A stretch of 64,000 nt of DNA from Promethearchaeati archaeon (GCA_013166775.1 JABLTJ010000010.1:1-64000), one strand, 5' to 3'. Positions 1 through 10,914 are shown, counted from the first letter of the stretch. Made by a program: numbers and translations. The notes: generated by a model from the letters alone, not told the origin.

Positions 1-151
1 AACGAAGAAAAAGATATTAATCTTAAAAATTACATTATTCCCCTAGATGCTAGAGTGTACATTTGAGTGAATTTCTACAACATGAAGAGAGGAAATAAGA
101 AAGAGAAAAAAATATAAAAAAAAATAAAAAAAAAGAAAAAAAAGAAAAAAA

Positions 152-829
152 CTAATAGTTTTGTCTGAAGTATTTATACATCTCGTATCCGTCTATAATT
201 CCCCAACCAAGATTATATGTTTCATAGTTAGCAAAAGAAGAATAAGGAAAATTGGGATAGTGTGGAGAACTACCTTCGTCATTAATCCAAGCCATATAAC
301 CACCCATTTCATTTTCCCAATAGCTCGGAGGATGTTCTGGAGCGTCTCCAGTTTCTTCGCATAGTAGTTGAACTATTGATACATCTAGATCAGTTGTGGA
401 TTTGTAGTTATTCTGATACTGTTCAAGTAGTGCAAGAATCCCTGCAACCATTGGACAGGCATTACTAGTACCATAAAATTCGTTTTTATTAGCTATGGGA
501 GCCCAATCCAGTTCTGATGCGTAATAGATTGCTGCAATCTCAACTCCAAAACCAGTGTTTGCTCTACTATCTCTTTCCCATCTATCTGATGGATCCCCAT
601 GATTGCTATCTGGTACTCCTGTAACTCCAATTACAGTATCGAAACAAACTGGATATGAAATTAATTCCTGGAAGGGAGAGATGAGTTTTTCACAGTTACT
701 GGCTTTTATTAATTTTGAAGCAATATTCAAAAATTTATGGAGATGTTGTGATGAAGAAGAACTTAAACAAATCTCCAAAATAATAGAAACAAATAATGAA
801 ACATGATTTTTATAATTGAACGATTTCAA
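152..829 (-). pseudogene. Subtilisin-like (S8) peptidase C-terminal remnant
   Basis: Has the catalytic-Ser motif GTSNACPMVAGILALL and a terminal GWGIIDG. No Asp or His catalytic motifs; the N-terminal ~60 codons look non-homologous. Confidence 0.6.
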
Positions 830-1051
830 AAGACAAAGAGAAAATTAAGTGATTATTTGGGAAAAAGGATAAAGAATCCAAATAAAAACGTTTACCTATA
901 CTTCTCAATAAAAGATAAAAATATTAATTATAATTCTTTTCCCTTACAGAGAAGAAGCAGATATTAGTAAAAGTTATTGTGATATAGTAAATATTATTAC
1001 AAAAACACTATTTTTTCTTCAGCAATAGTATAATAAAAAATAGGAATAATC

Positions 1052-2395
1052 TTAAGGATTATTCTCTTTTTCTTCATTTTTTATTTTTGACGTATCTCCT
1101 GATAACAGGAAAATGTTAACTAGAACCATCAAAGCTGCTATTCCTATAAAGAGACCAGGAATCGAGAAATCTGCGATTAATCCAAATAGAGGAGCAAAAA
1201 TAAACACTAGTATGGATTTAAATTGAGCTTCGACACTTAACATCGTTGCTCTTTGTTCTTTCTTAATCACTTCAGCAAGATAATCAACAGCTAAGGGTCT
1301 TCTAATGTTTTCAAAAATATAGATGAATAAGAAAAGAAAAATTACAATTGCTGGTATTTTCACCCAGATAAATATCGAATTTAAGACTAAAATTCCGGCA
1401 AATAGATAAAAGAGCAAGTCCATTGCTCGCTTTGTACCTCTTACTACTTCTTTTACCTTGTATGCTGTTCTAGATGCTACTGAAGAGAAAATATAGAAAA
1501 TCGAATACATTGATCCCAGGATGATTGTAATTAGATCTTCTTCTAACAAACCTGAGGAATCTAAACCTAGATTAATTATTATAACTCCAATATATAAAAT
1601 AATTACAGGCTGGATGTAGTCTTTAATACTCTTAAAAACTGCATCATAGCTTGATGATGAAAATACTCCCCTAATTAATCTTTTATTCTTGAATGCAACA
1701 AGCACTTCTTTGAATCCTTTCCCCATTTCTTTTAAAAAATTAGATTCAATCTTTATGTGTTCATTCATATATGGTGGATATGTAGCAATTAGAATAAAAT
1801 CAAGTAGATAAGGAATTATTGTGATGATGAAAACCCATTGAGAAGCAGCAATAAACAGAACCATGAAAATAGAAACTATTCCATTGATTGTAGAACCAAT
1901 TAAAGACCATGATCTAGTTCGACCATATACAAAGGTTTTGAAATCTTGAAATTCATTTCTATCCATCCAGGTCAATATCATTGCTTTATGTGTTCCAGAT
2001 CTAAATGATTCACCCAATCCATAGAATGCCGCTGCTATAAAGATAACAAAGAAGTAGTTAATATTTCGACCAAGCCCAATGAAGAAAAGAACAAATGATA
2101 TGATATAGAAAACAAAACAGAAGAGAAGCTCATTTTTCTTGCCAAATCTATCTGCTAAAATTCCTGAAGGAATTTCAAAAACATACGTGAAAACTTCTTG
2201 AACTAAGAAAATCAATCCAATTTTAAAAAGAATAAATTCAGTATTAAATTCTGATAGATAAACATAAAGCATAACTATTAGATATGGTTCAAAAAATCTC
2301 AAGTTCTTGAAAAAACCATAGAATCTAAATTTCCACATCAACGGATCTTTGAGTATTTTTCTTTGTATTATTTTATTCTCATTTTGTTCTTTCAT
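1052..2395 (-). CDS. MFS transporter
   Basis: ~12 hydrophobic segments; MFS motif A-like EIPSGILADRFGKK. Confidence 0.9.
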   Translation of the reverse strand: MKEQNENKIIQRKILKDPLMWKFRFYGFFKNLRFFEPYLIVMLYVYLSEFNTEFILFKIGLIFLVQEVFTYVFEIPSGILADRFGKKNELLFCFVFYIISFVLFFIGLGRNINYFFVIFIAAAFYGLGESFRSGTHKAMILTWMDRNEFQDFKTFVYGRTRSWSLIGSTINGIVSIFMVLFIAASQWVFIITIIPYLLDFILIATYPPYMNEHIKIESNFLKEMGKGFKEVLVAFKNKRLIRGVFSSSSYDAVFKSIKDYIQPVIILYIGVIIINLGLDSSGLLEEDLITIILGSMYSIFYIFSSVASRTAYKVKEVVRGTKRAMDLLFYLFAGILVLNSIFIWVKIPAIVIFLFLFIYIFENIRRPLAVDYLAEVIKKEQRATMLSVEAQFKSILVFIFAPLFGLIADFSIPGLFIGIAALMVLVNIFLLSGDTSKIKNEEKENNP

Positions 2396-2430
2396 CAGAT
2401 GCTTCTAATGTGATTTATTCAATGCTATTC

Positions 2431-2718
2431 TTAATTCTTTCTTGAGATTTCTATCTTTTTTTTGTGAGATGGATCAGTTACATAAATTGTAATAGCTTCT
2501 GAAAGAGGGTTAAAATTACCTGAATCATAATTTCCTGCTCTAGTTTTCACACATTCCTTGCAAAGTCCTGCAGGAATTATAATATTATCGAGCAAATCTT
2601 TCTTTTCTCTACTGATGCATCTCCCGCATAGTGGTTTTTCACAAGATGAACACCCATACTTAGCTTTAACACCACAATTTGAGCAAGAGATCTCATAAAG
2701 AAGTATAATTCTAGCCAA
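2431..2718 (-). CDS. Small zinc-finger protein
   Basis: Four CxxC pairs: CSNC, CSSC, CGRC, CKEC. Confidence 0.65.
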   Translation of the reverse strand: MARIILLYEISCSNCGVKAKYGCSSCEKPLCGRCISREKKDLLDNIIIPAGLCKECVKTRAGNYDSGNFNPLSEAITIYVTDPSHKKKIEISRKN

Positions 2719-2873
2719 TAAATCTCACTATTAGAACATTAAAGATATCCTATTAAAACCACACAAAAAAAGAGCGAAACAACTTCGTCTCATTAAGTTT
2801 TATCAATAATTTAGATAAGAATCTTTGATTATAATGAACAAACACGGATTATACTCGAGGACATTATTCTATT

Positions 2874-3245
2874 CTATCGTAGACTACTTTTTGTTGTAGA
2901 ATCAAGTAATAAATGACTCAAATAACCTAAAAAAAACCCAAATACAGGATAAGGGAAAAGTTTTTCTCCATATCTTGGAATAATCACGAAACAAATAATA
3001 AAAGCAGAAATAAAGATAAGAGATAGCATGAACCAAGAATGAAATAAGCCTCTATGGTCAGGATTTGTGGGACGTTCGATAATATCTGGAAAAATAGCTC
3101 CTGTAAAAACACATACGATAGATATACCAATAATTAGTACCAATCTGAAGTAACTGAATTCTTCCGCAAAAAAATAGTAAACTAAACCAACAACCGGGAG
3201 ACCAAAGAACAATCCTCCTGCGATATGAGTCAATCTCCTGGACAT
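2874..3245 (-). CDS. Membrane metal-dependent hydrolase (YdjM/DUF457-like)
   Basis: Motifs TH, PD, HRGLFHS and SHLLLD within TM helices. Confidence 0.85.
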   Translation of the reverse strand: MSRRLTHIAGGLFFGLPVVGLVYYFFAEEFSYFRLVLIIGISIVCVFTGAIFPDIIERPTNPDHRGLFHSWFMLSLIFISAFIICFVIIPRYGEKLFPYPVFGFFLGYLSHLLLDSTTKSSLR

Positions 3246-3355
3246 TAATTCAAATTCTCCTCTACACTTAATATAAACTAATTATTATAAAAATGGAAGT
3301 AAAACCAGCCTATTACAAAGCAAAAAAATCATAAAGATATCTGATAAGGAAATAT

Positions 3356-3802
3356 ATGGATGATTCAAAAGAAAAAGCAAAAAGATGGATTGAAAAACTA
3401 AAAATCACAACAGATTTATTTCTTAAACTTCCTGTAGATACCAAACTCCCTAATGGATGGGGAAAAAGAGAGCTTGGTATACATCTCCAAGGATGGGATG
3501 AGGAAATGATTAAAATTGCTGAACCTTTAAAACAAGGAAAAGCATTCATTTGGGAAGACTTTTGTGCGGATCCTCCCGATTCTTATAATGCGAAATTCCT
3601 AGAGAGAAGCAAAGGTAAGCGTTTAGAAGAAGTCATATCCAGTTTTGAACAAACAAGAACAACAATAGTAAAAGTGTATGAAGATATATTAAATAACCAT
3701 TTCCAAGAAGACAAGAAGCACACAGACTACTTTTCTCTGTGGTGGCATGATGTACATCATCTCAAATTAGCTGGAATAGATGTTGAGGATTTAATAGAAT
3801 GA
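3356..3802 (+). CDS. DinB-superfamily four-helix protein (ClbS/DfsB-like)
   Basis: WGKRELGIHLQGWD and C-terminal HDVHH metal-binding pattern. Confidence 0.7.
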   Translation: MDDSKEKAKRWIEKLKITTDLFLKLPVDTKLPNGWGKRELGIHLQGWDEEMIKIAEPLKQGKAFIWEDFCADPPDSYNAKFLERSKGKRLEEVISSFEQTRTTIVKVYEDILNNHFQEDKKHTDYFSLWWHDVHHLKLAGIDVEDLIE

Positions 3803-3818
3803 AGATTCAACTTGGTAC

Positions 3819-3971
3819 TTAGTGGGAAATTTGTTTAGAATTATCTCCCATTACAAAAACTTGTGGTGGTTCACCAGGAATTAAGAACCAATAAATTAAA
3901 TTACATTTTTTGCAATAAAGATAACCTTCCTTGAGTTTATCAGTATACCTCCCACAATTCCTGCATTTCAT
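3819..3971 (-). CDS. 50-aa zinc-ribbon microprotein (not in ORF track)
   Basis: Hand translation MKCRNCGRYTDKLKEGYLYCKKCNLIYWFLIPGEPPQVFVMGDNSKQISH; CxxC-x13-CxxC; fills an otherwise empty gap. Confidence 0.65.
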   Translation of the reverse strand: MKCRNCGRYTDKLKEGYLYCKKCNLIYWFLIPGEPPQVFVMGDNSKQISH

Positions 3972-4101
3972 CGATACACCAGTAGATTTTCTTAAACTGA
4001 ATCTTCTTCTGAAATCTTATATTGAATATTAATTATTAAATTATTTGTTCAAAAAAGCAAAGAAGTAATGATTTTTCTGTATTCTCCTCTCTAAAATGCA
4101 A

Positions 4102-4947
4102 TTACTGACCTTCTATTCCCTCATAAATCTTCTTTATTTTATTTATAACTGGTTTTACAAACTCATCTAAGTCGAATTTTTCATCCTCTTCAAACTCGAA
4201 TTCGCAAACCTCACCACCAAAAAGATAGAAATAAGCATCAATTCTATCTTCATCTTTAACTCCTTCAGAATCCATTTCTTCTTCGAATTTCCTCTTGAGC
4301 TTAGCTAGCTTCGCAAAGAATTCAACTGAAGCAACTCCTATCTCCATCATATGCCTGGGTTTGGAAACTTTCATATCCATTGATAATAAAGTGTGACTGC
4401 TCACTGGATAATTGAGATTTGTAGGTTTTAGTTTATTTAGAATTGCTTGTTCACCTTTTTCAAAGTTATTAAGAATAAAATTTTCAATGTTATGATTATA
4501 AGAAAAAGATCTTCGGGCTTTTTGTGCCATAGAACCTAAATCTTTCTGATTCATCATTCTGAGAAGAAACATGCGAGAAATATCTTCATCATCTAGTTTC
4601 ATTGTTCTCTCAATGATGGTTGGAATAATCTCTTCAAAAACTGTATCTTGTTCTCTAGAATATTTCTTCGAAGAAAGAGAAGATAACCTATAATATTTTC
4701 CCCGTTCTTTTTCTGTTTTATTAATATCAATTTCTATCAATTTAGGATCTTTTAGCATTTCTGAAATGTGATGATGAATAGTACTCTCTGTTTTACCAAT
4801 TAACCCAGCTAGATTCTTAATATTCATGGAACCAAAATTACGAATAGCCATTAAAATTCCGTATTGGGTTTCATTTTCAAGTAATTTCTCAAATCTACTC
4901 TCTACCTTTTTTTTGGATGGTTTGTCTCTTTTTGAAGATTCTGTCAT
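4102..4947 (-). CDS. ArsR-like winged-helix transcriptional regulator
   Basis: N-terminal wHTH (MNIKNLAGLIGKTESTIHHHISEM...GKYYRLS) plus an extended C-terminal domain. Confidence 0.8.
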   Translation of the reverse strand: MTESSKRDKPSKKKVESRFEKLLENETQYGILMAIRNFGSMNIKNLAGLIGKTESTIHHHISEMLKDPKLIEIDINKTEKERGKYYRLSSLSSKKYSREQDTVFEEIIPTIIERTMKLDDEDISRMFLLRMMNQKDLGSMAQKARRSFSYNHNIENFILNNFEKGEQAILNKLKPTNLNYPVSSHTLLSMDMKVSKPRHMMEIGVASVEFFAKLAKLKRKFEEEMDSEGVKDEDRIDAYFYLFGGEVCEFEFEEDEKFDLDEFVKPVINKIKKIYEGIEGQ

Positions 4948-4983
4948 AACATATTAATGTAAATAACCCCCCTATTTAAATAA

Positions 4984-5072
4984 TTCGACATTCGAATGAA
5001 TTCGACCATCGAAAGGTTTATAAAGATTATTCAAATTGTAAATTAGACCATCGAATTTATTCGACAACCGAA
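4984..5072. promoter_or_regulatory. Four palindromic operator boxes TTCGA-N3-TCGAA flanking a TATA box
   Basis: ttcgacattcgaa 4984-4996, ttcgaccatcgaa 5001-5013, ttagaccatcgaa 5043-5055, ttcgacaaccgaa 5060-5072; TATA-like tttataaa at 5017-5024. Confidence 0.8.
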
Positions 5073-5081
5073 TTTATTGAG

Positions 5082-5342
5082 GTGCAAAAAATGGCAATAA
5101 AGAACAAAGAAAAAAAATTATTAATTGAGCTAAGTGGAAGAGATGAAAAAAAACACAAATCTGATTTGGATTTAGCAAGAATAAGCGCTGATGAGATAGA
5201 TAATATAATTGAGTTTTTATTTGAAATCTCTTTTAAGGAAAATTCTCGTTCTAGAGAACATATCCATGATAATTTTAAAATTAAAGAGAAACTGAAAAAA
5301 GAAAAAAACCAGCTAAGATCTCAAGGTTTTTTCATCTTTTAG
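5082..5342 (+). CDS. Hypothetical small charged protein (probable start ATG 5091)
   Basis: ORF with a GAGGTG SD-like motif upstream; first gene after the operator. Confidence 0.65.
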   Translation: MQKMAIKNKEKKLLIELSGRDEKKHKSDLDLARISADEIDNIIEFLFEISFKENSRSREHIHDNFKIKEKLKKEKNQLRSQGFFIF

Positions 5343-5361
5343 CTTAAAATGAGGTTTTAAA

Positions 5362-6309
5362 ATGACTAATAGTAAAATAACTTTATCTGAATTGAAGTTT
5401 AGAAAAATAAAAGAAAAAGAACGAATGCCATTTTATGAATATGCGTTCGAATCAGGAAAAGAGCATGCTACAAATGTCCTTGGATTGTCTTTTGACTATC
5501 TTAAGAAGATATGCAAGATAAATAGAATACTCTTAGGTCTACCTTTGAGAATATTCGCTAGAAACATGAAAGATTATTTTGCAGAATTGGATGACGAAAT
5601 CGTAGCTGGATTCTCTATATTCTTTGATAAGAAGAAAGATAAGTATGAGCTTGGAAATGTGTTTACTAGACCTAAATTCCAAGGAAGAGGAATTGGGAAT
5701 TTAGTTATGAAAGAGGTTCTCTCATCTTATGGACACAAGAAGATTGAGCTCAGTGTTGATGAGACAAACGACGTAGCAATTCATCTTTATTATAAATATG
5801 GTTTCAAGAAAGAATATACGACTGCAGAATATGTTGAAGAATTACCTTTTGAAACAAAAACTCTACCAAATGGGTATTCATTAAGAATAGCGAAAAAAGA
5901 AGATCTGAGTAAATTAGAAAAAATAACGAAAGCTTTTCCCAAGTTAAATGATATCCCTAAAATTTACAAAAAATCCTTCAATAAAACAGAGAAGAGAAAA
6001 TTTCGAATGATGTTTCAATTACCTGGTATTTTGCTCCATGGAGAGGAAATAGTAGGAATTGGAAGAGTCATTTGGAATTCAGGTGTTCCTGAAACTGCTC
6101 AGATGAGTGTGTTTGCAGTTCTAAATGAAGCATCAGATGCTTATCCTTGTCTTGTATCCTTCCTGACAGATCAAACAATGAAATACGGGTTAAAAAAAAT
6201 GGTATGGGATAGAACAGAGAAGACTGAAGCTTTTGCAAATGAAATGGAGCAATTTTTGGGACAACCAACTAGAACAGGATTGAAAATGAGAAGGGAATTA
6301 AGTAGTTAA
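5362..6309 (+). CDS. GNAT N-acetyltransferase (tandem GNAT-like)
   Basis: Acetyl-CoA motif FQGRGIG and NDVAIHLYYKYGF. Confidence 0.88.
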   Translation: MTNSKITLSELKFRKIKEKERMPFYEYAFESGKEHATNVLGLSFDYLKKICKINRILLGLPLRIFARNMKDYFAELDDEIVAGFSIFFDKKKDKYELGNVFTRPKFQGRGIGNLVMKEVLSSYGHKKIELSVDETNDVAIHLYYKYGFKKEYTTAEYVEELPFETKTLPNGYSLRIAKKEDLSKLEKITKAFPKLNDIPKIYKKSFNKTEKRKFRMMFQLPGILLHGEEIVGIGRVIWNSGVPETAQMSVFAVLNEASDAYPCLVSFLTDQTMKYGLKKMVWDRTEKTEAFANEMEQFLGQPTRTGLKMRRELSS

Positions 6310-6375
6310 CAAAGCTTCCCTCTTTTTTTTTCGAAAGATTTATGATGTTTAGAACAATTTTCACATCGACCTAAT

Positions 6376-7487
6376 ATGCAACAAGAAAAGAAAAAATTAC
6401 TGTTATTTGATAGGTTTCCTGAATTAGAATCCTCAATTCCTTGGGTTGAGCTAATTGACCATGATACACTATTGAACGTTTATCAAATCTTGAAAAAGAA
6501 TTGGAATTAGATTCACTATGGGTAAAAAGAGATGATCTAACATCACAATTGTATGGTGGTAACAAACTAAGAAAACTAGAATTTATTCTTGCGGATGCAA
6601 AGAGAAAAGGATATGATTCTGTCATGACACGTGGAGGTATTGGTTCAAATTTTTGTGTTGCTAATGCAACTATATGTAATAAACTTGGATTACTGCCCGT
6701 TGCAGCTTTAGTAGATCAACCCATTAATCCAATCGTTAAAAAAAATCTTTTGATAAATCTCTATTATAAGAATGAATTATATTACATAAGAAAAGGTAGC
6801 AGAGCTAAATGGCTTAAACTATGGTTGAATCTAAAGAAAAGAAATATCTATTATATGTTAACACCGGGTGGAAGTGTACCTCTAGGGACTTTAGGGTATG
6901 TCAACGCTGAACTTGAACTAAAAAATCAAATAGATAAGAACAATATTCCAGAACCTGATTATATTTTCGTTGCGTGTGGCTCAGCTGGAACTGTAGCAGG
7001 TTTAGCTCTAGGATTGAAACTAGCTGAGATAAAAGCAAAAATCATTGCTGTACAAGTTTCATTATTCATTGGATATGAGGGAACAGTCAAATTAGCTTAT
7101 GATACAAGAGATATGATGTTTAAATTCGATAAATCAGTTCCCGAAGTAAAAATAGATAACATTATTTTTGAAACTGATTATTTTGGAGAAGGTTATGCTA
7201 AACCAACTGATGAAGGTTTAGCTGCTATGGAACTCATAAAGAAAACCCAAAAAATGGAACTGGAATCAACCTATACTGGTAAAACACTAGCAGCTCTAAT
7301 AGGTTTTGCTAATCAAAAACATAATTCTATCAAAGAGAAAACAATTCTATTTTGGAATACTTTCAATAGTAGAGATTTTTCAGAAATTTTGAAGAAAATG
7401 AAATATAAAGACTTTCTAAAAATCTTCACTGGATTTTCGAAAAATGAACTGGTTGCACCTGATGTTAATTTTATACGAAAAATTTAA
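6376..7487 (+). pseudogene. D-cysteine desulfhydrase/ACC deaminase family PLP enzyme, frameshifted
   Basis: KRDD, GGNKLRKLE and ESTYTGK motifs. The N-terminus (ATG 6376, LFDRFPEL...PW) is in another frame; one added C near 6469 restores TPIERL. A second likely 1-nt loss near 7416 would give FPKNLHWIFEK* ending at 7447. Confidence 0.75.
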
Positions 7488-7490
7488 CTA

Positions 7491-8492
7491 TTGATGTTCG
7501 TAAAGAAGAATATACTCTGTGAAGTGAATAGAATGAAAATTACAAACCACTTAAAAAAAATATCAAAGAGAAGAATCATTTATGGGTTCTTATTCTCACT
7601 CTTTATCATATTACTAATTATGTATATTTACAGTCGATTTGCAGAAGGAAATTTTATTGAAAGATTAGCTAATATTACTCATGAAGAATACAAGTTATTT
7701 TTGAAGGCTTATATTGATTCATTCTTTATCTATTCAATCAGTGCAATAATCATTCTAGTGATTCTGAATTTCATTATGCATGCATTAGAAGAAAAAGTTT
7801 CACCAGATATTCATAATACTTTGCATGTTTTAACTAGAGTAATTGTTATTCCGTTTTTCATTATTGCTTATCTCAACAGGTTTGAAGCATATTCAGGAGC
7901 AATTATTGGCGTTGCTGCTATCTTAGGTGGTGCATTAGGTATTGCTGCAGCTCTATCCATAAATGAATTAGTTACAGGAGTATCTATGGTTTTTAGTAAA
8001 CATCACAATGTGGGTGATTATCTACTAATTCCTAATATGGGGATTGAAGGAATAGTAAATGAAATTTCAATAAGATATTTAACCATCCTTCAGCCAGATA
8101 GGACAATAGCTGTTATCCCAAACAAAAAATTAAGAGATTCTGAAATAATAAATATTAAAGTAACAAAAACAGAAAAGGACAGAGACGGTATAACAGATTT
8201 CCTCTTATATGGTCGTAGAGTAACAGAGACACAATATGTATATCCTCTAAAATGGGCTGTTAATTCTGAAGATAGTCATAATGACTGTGTGAAAGCGATT
8301 AAAAAAACTGTTCCACAATTCAAAGATTTTCTTGAGAATGATGAAGCTGATTGGCAGATAATAGAAAGGAATCGATTGGATCGTAGATATGCAGTGTTAC
8401 TAACTGTATTAGATCCAACTATATTATTGGAGTTGAAGGATGATTTTACAGAAGCATTGGAAACAATTTATGAAAAAATAAAAAACAAATAG
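7491..8492 (+). CDS. mscS: Small-conductance mechanosensitive channel family protein
   Basis: TM helices followed by an MscS beta domain (VGDYL...GIVNEISIRY...IPN). Confidence 0.8.
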   Translation: MMFVKKNILCEVNRMKITNHLKKISKRRIIYGFLFSLFIILLIMYIYSRFAEGNFIERLANITHEEYKLFLKAYIDSFFIYSISAIIILVILNFIMHALEEKVSPDIHNTLHVLTRVIVIPFFIIAYLNRFEAYSGAIIGVAAILGGALGIAAALSINELVTGVSMVFSKHHNVGDYLLIPNMGIEGIVNEISIRYLTILQPDRTIAVIPNKKLRDSEIINIKVTKTEKDRDGITDFLLYGRRVTETQYVYPLKWAVNSEDSHNDCVKAIKKTVPQFKDFLENDEADWQIIERNRLDRRYAVLLTVLDPTILLELKDDFTEALETIYEKIKNK

Positions 8493-8519
8493 TTTACAAC
8501 TCTTGCTTCCTGCTTCATT

Positions 8520-9854
8520 TTATTCAGCATCTATCTCTACTCTTTTCTTTTTTCTTACTTTTGGTACATAATCCTCACCATAGAGATTTCTAACTATATC
8601 AAGTCTAGATGCATCTCTTCTTGTGAGGAAACTAGTTATCTTCCCGTTTATCCATTCTAATGTTCCTTTAAATTTCACCTTTTCCCACAGTTTTAGAAAC
8701 ACAAACCAGAGCATAATTAATGCAAAACCATAAATGAATGCGAATATTGGATTAGTTGACCATCCAGGAGCAATTTTGTCAAGAATCAATTCTTTAATTG
8801 TGGTTCCTACTAATGGTTCAAAAACAAAAATTGTAAGTGTGATTAAACCAAAACGTCTGATGAACTTACTGTGGAGAGCTTTTCTAACTTTGCTTTTCTC
8901 TGGTGAATAGTGAAAATAATAACAGAAGGTACTAAGCCATATAAAAAAACCAATTTGAATGAAATTCCATTGAGTTGGTAGTGTTTGGAATATTTCTGAA
9001 GAATCAGGATGGCCATAAATAGCAAGAAGTATAGATCCTACAGTTAAATATAGAGCTCCTGCTGTACTTCCCACAATCGCAACTTTCTTACGATCAAGTT
9101 CTTGTGAAAAAGCTATGCCAAACATTGCACCATATAAAGCATATCCAATGTATGGGAAAAATGGATAAGTGTCTCCAATTAAAATGCTGAATAATCCACC
9201 TTTCGAATGTTGACCATTAATGTATGCATCATACCAAATCGGTCTTAATAGATTCTTCATAGGCTCTGTAACACAAATAATTGTAGTAGCTAATACTCCA
9301 ATTACAATTAGATTCCTCTTAACATACTTATGACCCTCTCTCATTCCAAGAAGAGCTAACACTATACCTGTACAAATAATACTCAAACCAATTGCGAAAA
9401 GTGCTGTATTCTTGTATATTAATGTAAAAACTGATGGATATTGTATTTGACCTGTTTGTATACTCCCAATAATTAATGAATATTCAGAAGGTCCATCTGG
9501 ATAAGGAAATTCAGCGTTTCCGATCATTGTGTGATTGAATAGTGCTACTTGGATTTTACCTATAAGAATAACCCATAAACCTGTAACTAATCCACTTAAG
9601 AATACTCCTAGTGATTTACTCTTTCCAGATCTCATTCTGGAATACATACTTATTGCATTCGACATTCCTGAAATTAAGGCAAAAATACCAGCAGCTTTAC
9701 CAAGCACTAATGCAAGTCCAGCAAAAGGATTTGCTAAAATCAGATTCATTTGATTTTTACTTGGGAGAGAATCCCAATAGTATGAACCATGAAAGAATAA
9801 CATGAAAAGTATGGATATACCTCGAAGGAAATCTATAACTTGTATTCTTTTCAT
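8520..9854 (-). CDS. Multi-pass membrane protein, HGSNAT/DUF1624-like acyltransferase superfamily
   Basis: N-terminal RIxxIDxLRG...H; PFFPY; C-terminal GTLEW. Confidence 0.7.
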   Translation of the reverse strand: MKRIQVIDFLRGISILFMLFFHGSYYWDSLPSKNQMNLILANPFAGLALVLGKAAGIFALISGMSNAISMYSRMRSGKSKSLGVFLSGLVTGLWVILIGKIQVALFNHTMIGNAEFPYPDGPSEYSLIIGSIQTGQIQYPSVFTLIYKNTALFAIGLSIICTGIVLALLGMREGHKYVKRNLIVIGVLATTIICVTEPMKNLLRPIWYDAYINGQHSKGGLFSILIGDTYPFFPYIGYALYGAMFGIAFSQELDRKKVAIVGSTAGALYLTVGSILLAIYGHPDSSEIFQTLPTQWNFIQIGFFIWLSTFCYYFHYSPEKSKVRKALHSKFIRRFGLITLTIFVFEPLVGTTIKELILDKIAPGWSTNPIFAFIYGFALIMLWFVFLKLWEKVKFKGTLEWINGKITSFLTRRDASRLDIVRNLYGEDYVPKVRKKKRVEIDAE

Positions 9855-9920
9855 AGAATTCGGTTAATTATAGATTGGAACATCATTAAAAATTTTACGC
9901 GTTTTACATGTAAAGTGGGA

Positions 9921-10805
9921 TTATTCCAAAACAGATTTAACGAATTCTTCTGTTATTCTACCTAACGCAGGTAACTGTACAAATATTGTTCTGAATCCTG
10001 GACTTATTTGCATTGCTTTCCTATAATATTTCCTTGCCTTTTCTTCTAATCCTTCCTCAAAGCAAAGATAACCAAGGTGTGCCCATCCGTTAACTGTGTA
10101 TCTTTCCTCGTTTGTTCCAATAAATTTCTCCATCTCAGCAATAGCTGTTTTTTTGTCTTCCTGATATTGTTGTGATATTCCAAAGATTGTATTGAAGAAA
10201 TTATGAACATTCAAAATTCGTCCAAGTTCTTTTACGGGTTCATCATGATCTTCAACCTTTATATCAATGATTCTATCCGATTTAAGAAAACCAGCTTCTT
10301 TTTTTTCAACTATTATTCTCGCACTTTCCTTACCCCTTGAATCTCCTCCTGCATCGTCTCCAGCAAGAAGTGCAGCATATAAACGATTAGCAAGAGTTCC
10401 TTGAGTTTCTTCAAAAGCTTTAGCCATATCCTCAATAACTTTGGAGCTTACAAGTATATTACCTTGACATGTGTATCCTTTGCCTGTCTTATGTCCTGCC
10501 CAACCTAAGCATTTACTGCCTGTGAAAGCTAGAACCTTACCTTCATATGTTACCATTCCTAATTGTCTTGATTCCAAATCCTCATCAACTTCACCGAAAT
10601 GTTTGAGGATTTCCTCCAGAGATAATCCTTCTTTGAGTTTTTCAAGACCCAAAGGACCTAAACTCCAGTTTACCATTGCTTGAGTAGAAATCGCACCAAG
10701 TTCTGCTTCAACAAAACCGATTCTTCCAGCATCATAAATACATGAAGCACCAGCAAATCCAATCTCTTTATTTTCTTTATCAACAGCTACAATTGAAAAT
10801 GTCAT
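9921..10805 (-). CDS. DUF1028 (Ntn-hydrolase-like) protein with C-terminal TPR
   Basis: MTFSIVA start; GAISTQA, QGNIL, AGGDSRG; TPR-like tail. Confidence 0.85.
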   Translation of the reverse strand: MTFSIVAVDKENKEIGFAGASCIYDAGRIGFVEAELGAISTQAMVNWSLGPLGLEKLKEGLSLEEILKHFGEVDEDLESRQLGMVTYEGKVLAFTGSKCLGWAGHKTGKGYTCQGNILVSSKVIEDMAKAFEETQGTLANRLYAALLAGDDAGGDSRGKESARIIVEKKEAGFLKSDRIIDIKVEDHDEPVKELGRILNVHNFFNTIFGISQQYQEDKKTAIAEMEKFIGTNEERYTVNGWAHLGYLCFEEGLEEKARKYYRKAMQISPGFRTIFVQLPALGRITEEFVKSVLE

Positions 10806-10914
10806 GAAGGGAAAAAAGTTACCATGTATTAAGACTTTTTGCTACACAGATTCTGTGAAAGTTTATTTACAACTGAATAAAACAAGAAAGACATGACAAA
10901 TTAAATAGATAGAG

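Noticed and set aside
95-151. A-rich short repeats as a CRISPR or satellite
   Set aside because: Low-complexity A-run without repeat-spacer structure; more likely a T-rich terminator region for the minus-strand gene.
10845-10857. Perfect palindrome CACAGA-T-TCTGTG between divergent genes
   Set aside because: Single occurrence with no adjacent regulator; cannot be supported as an operator.
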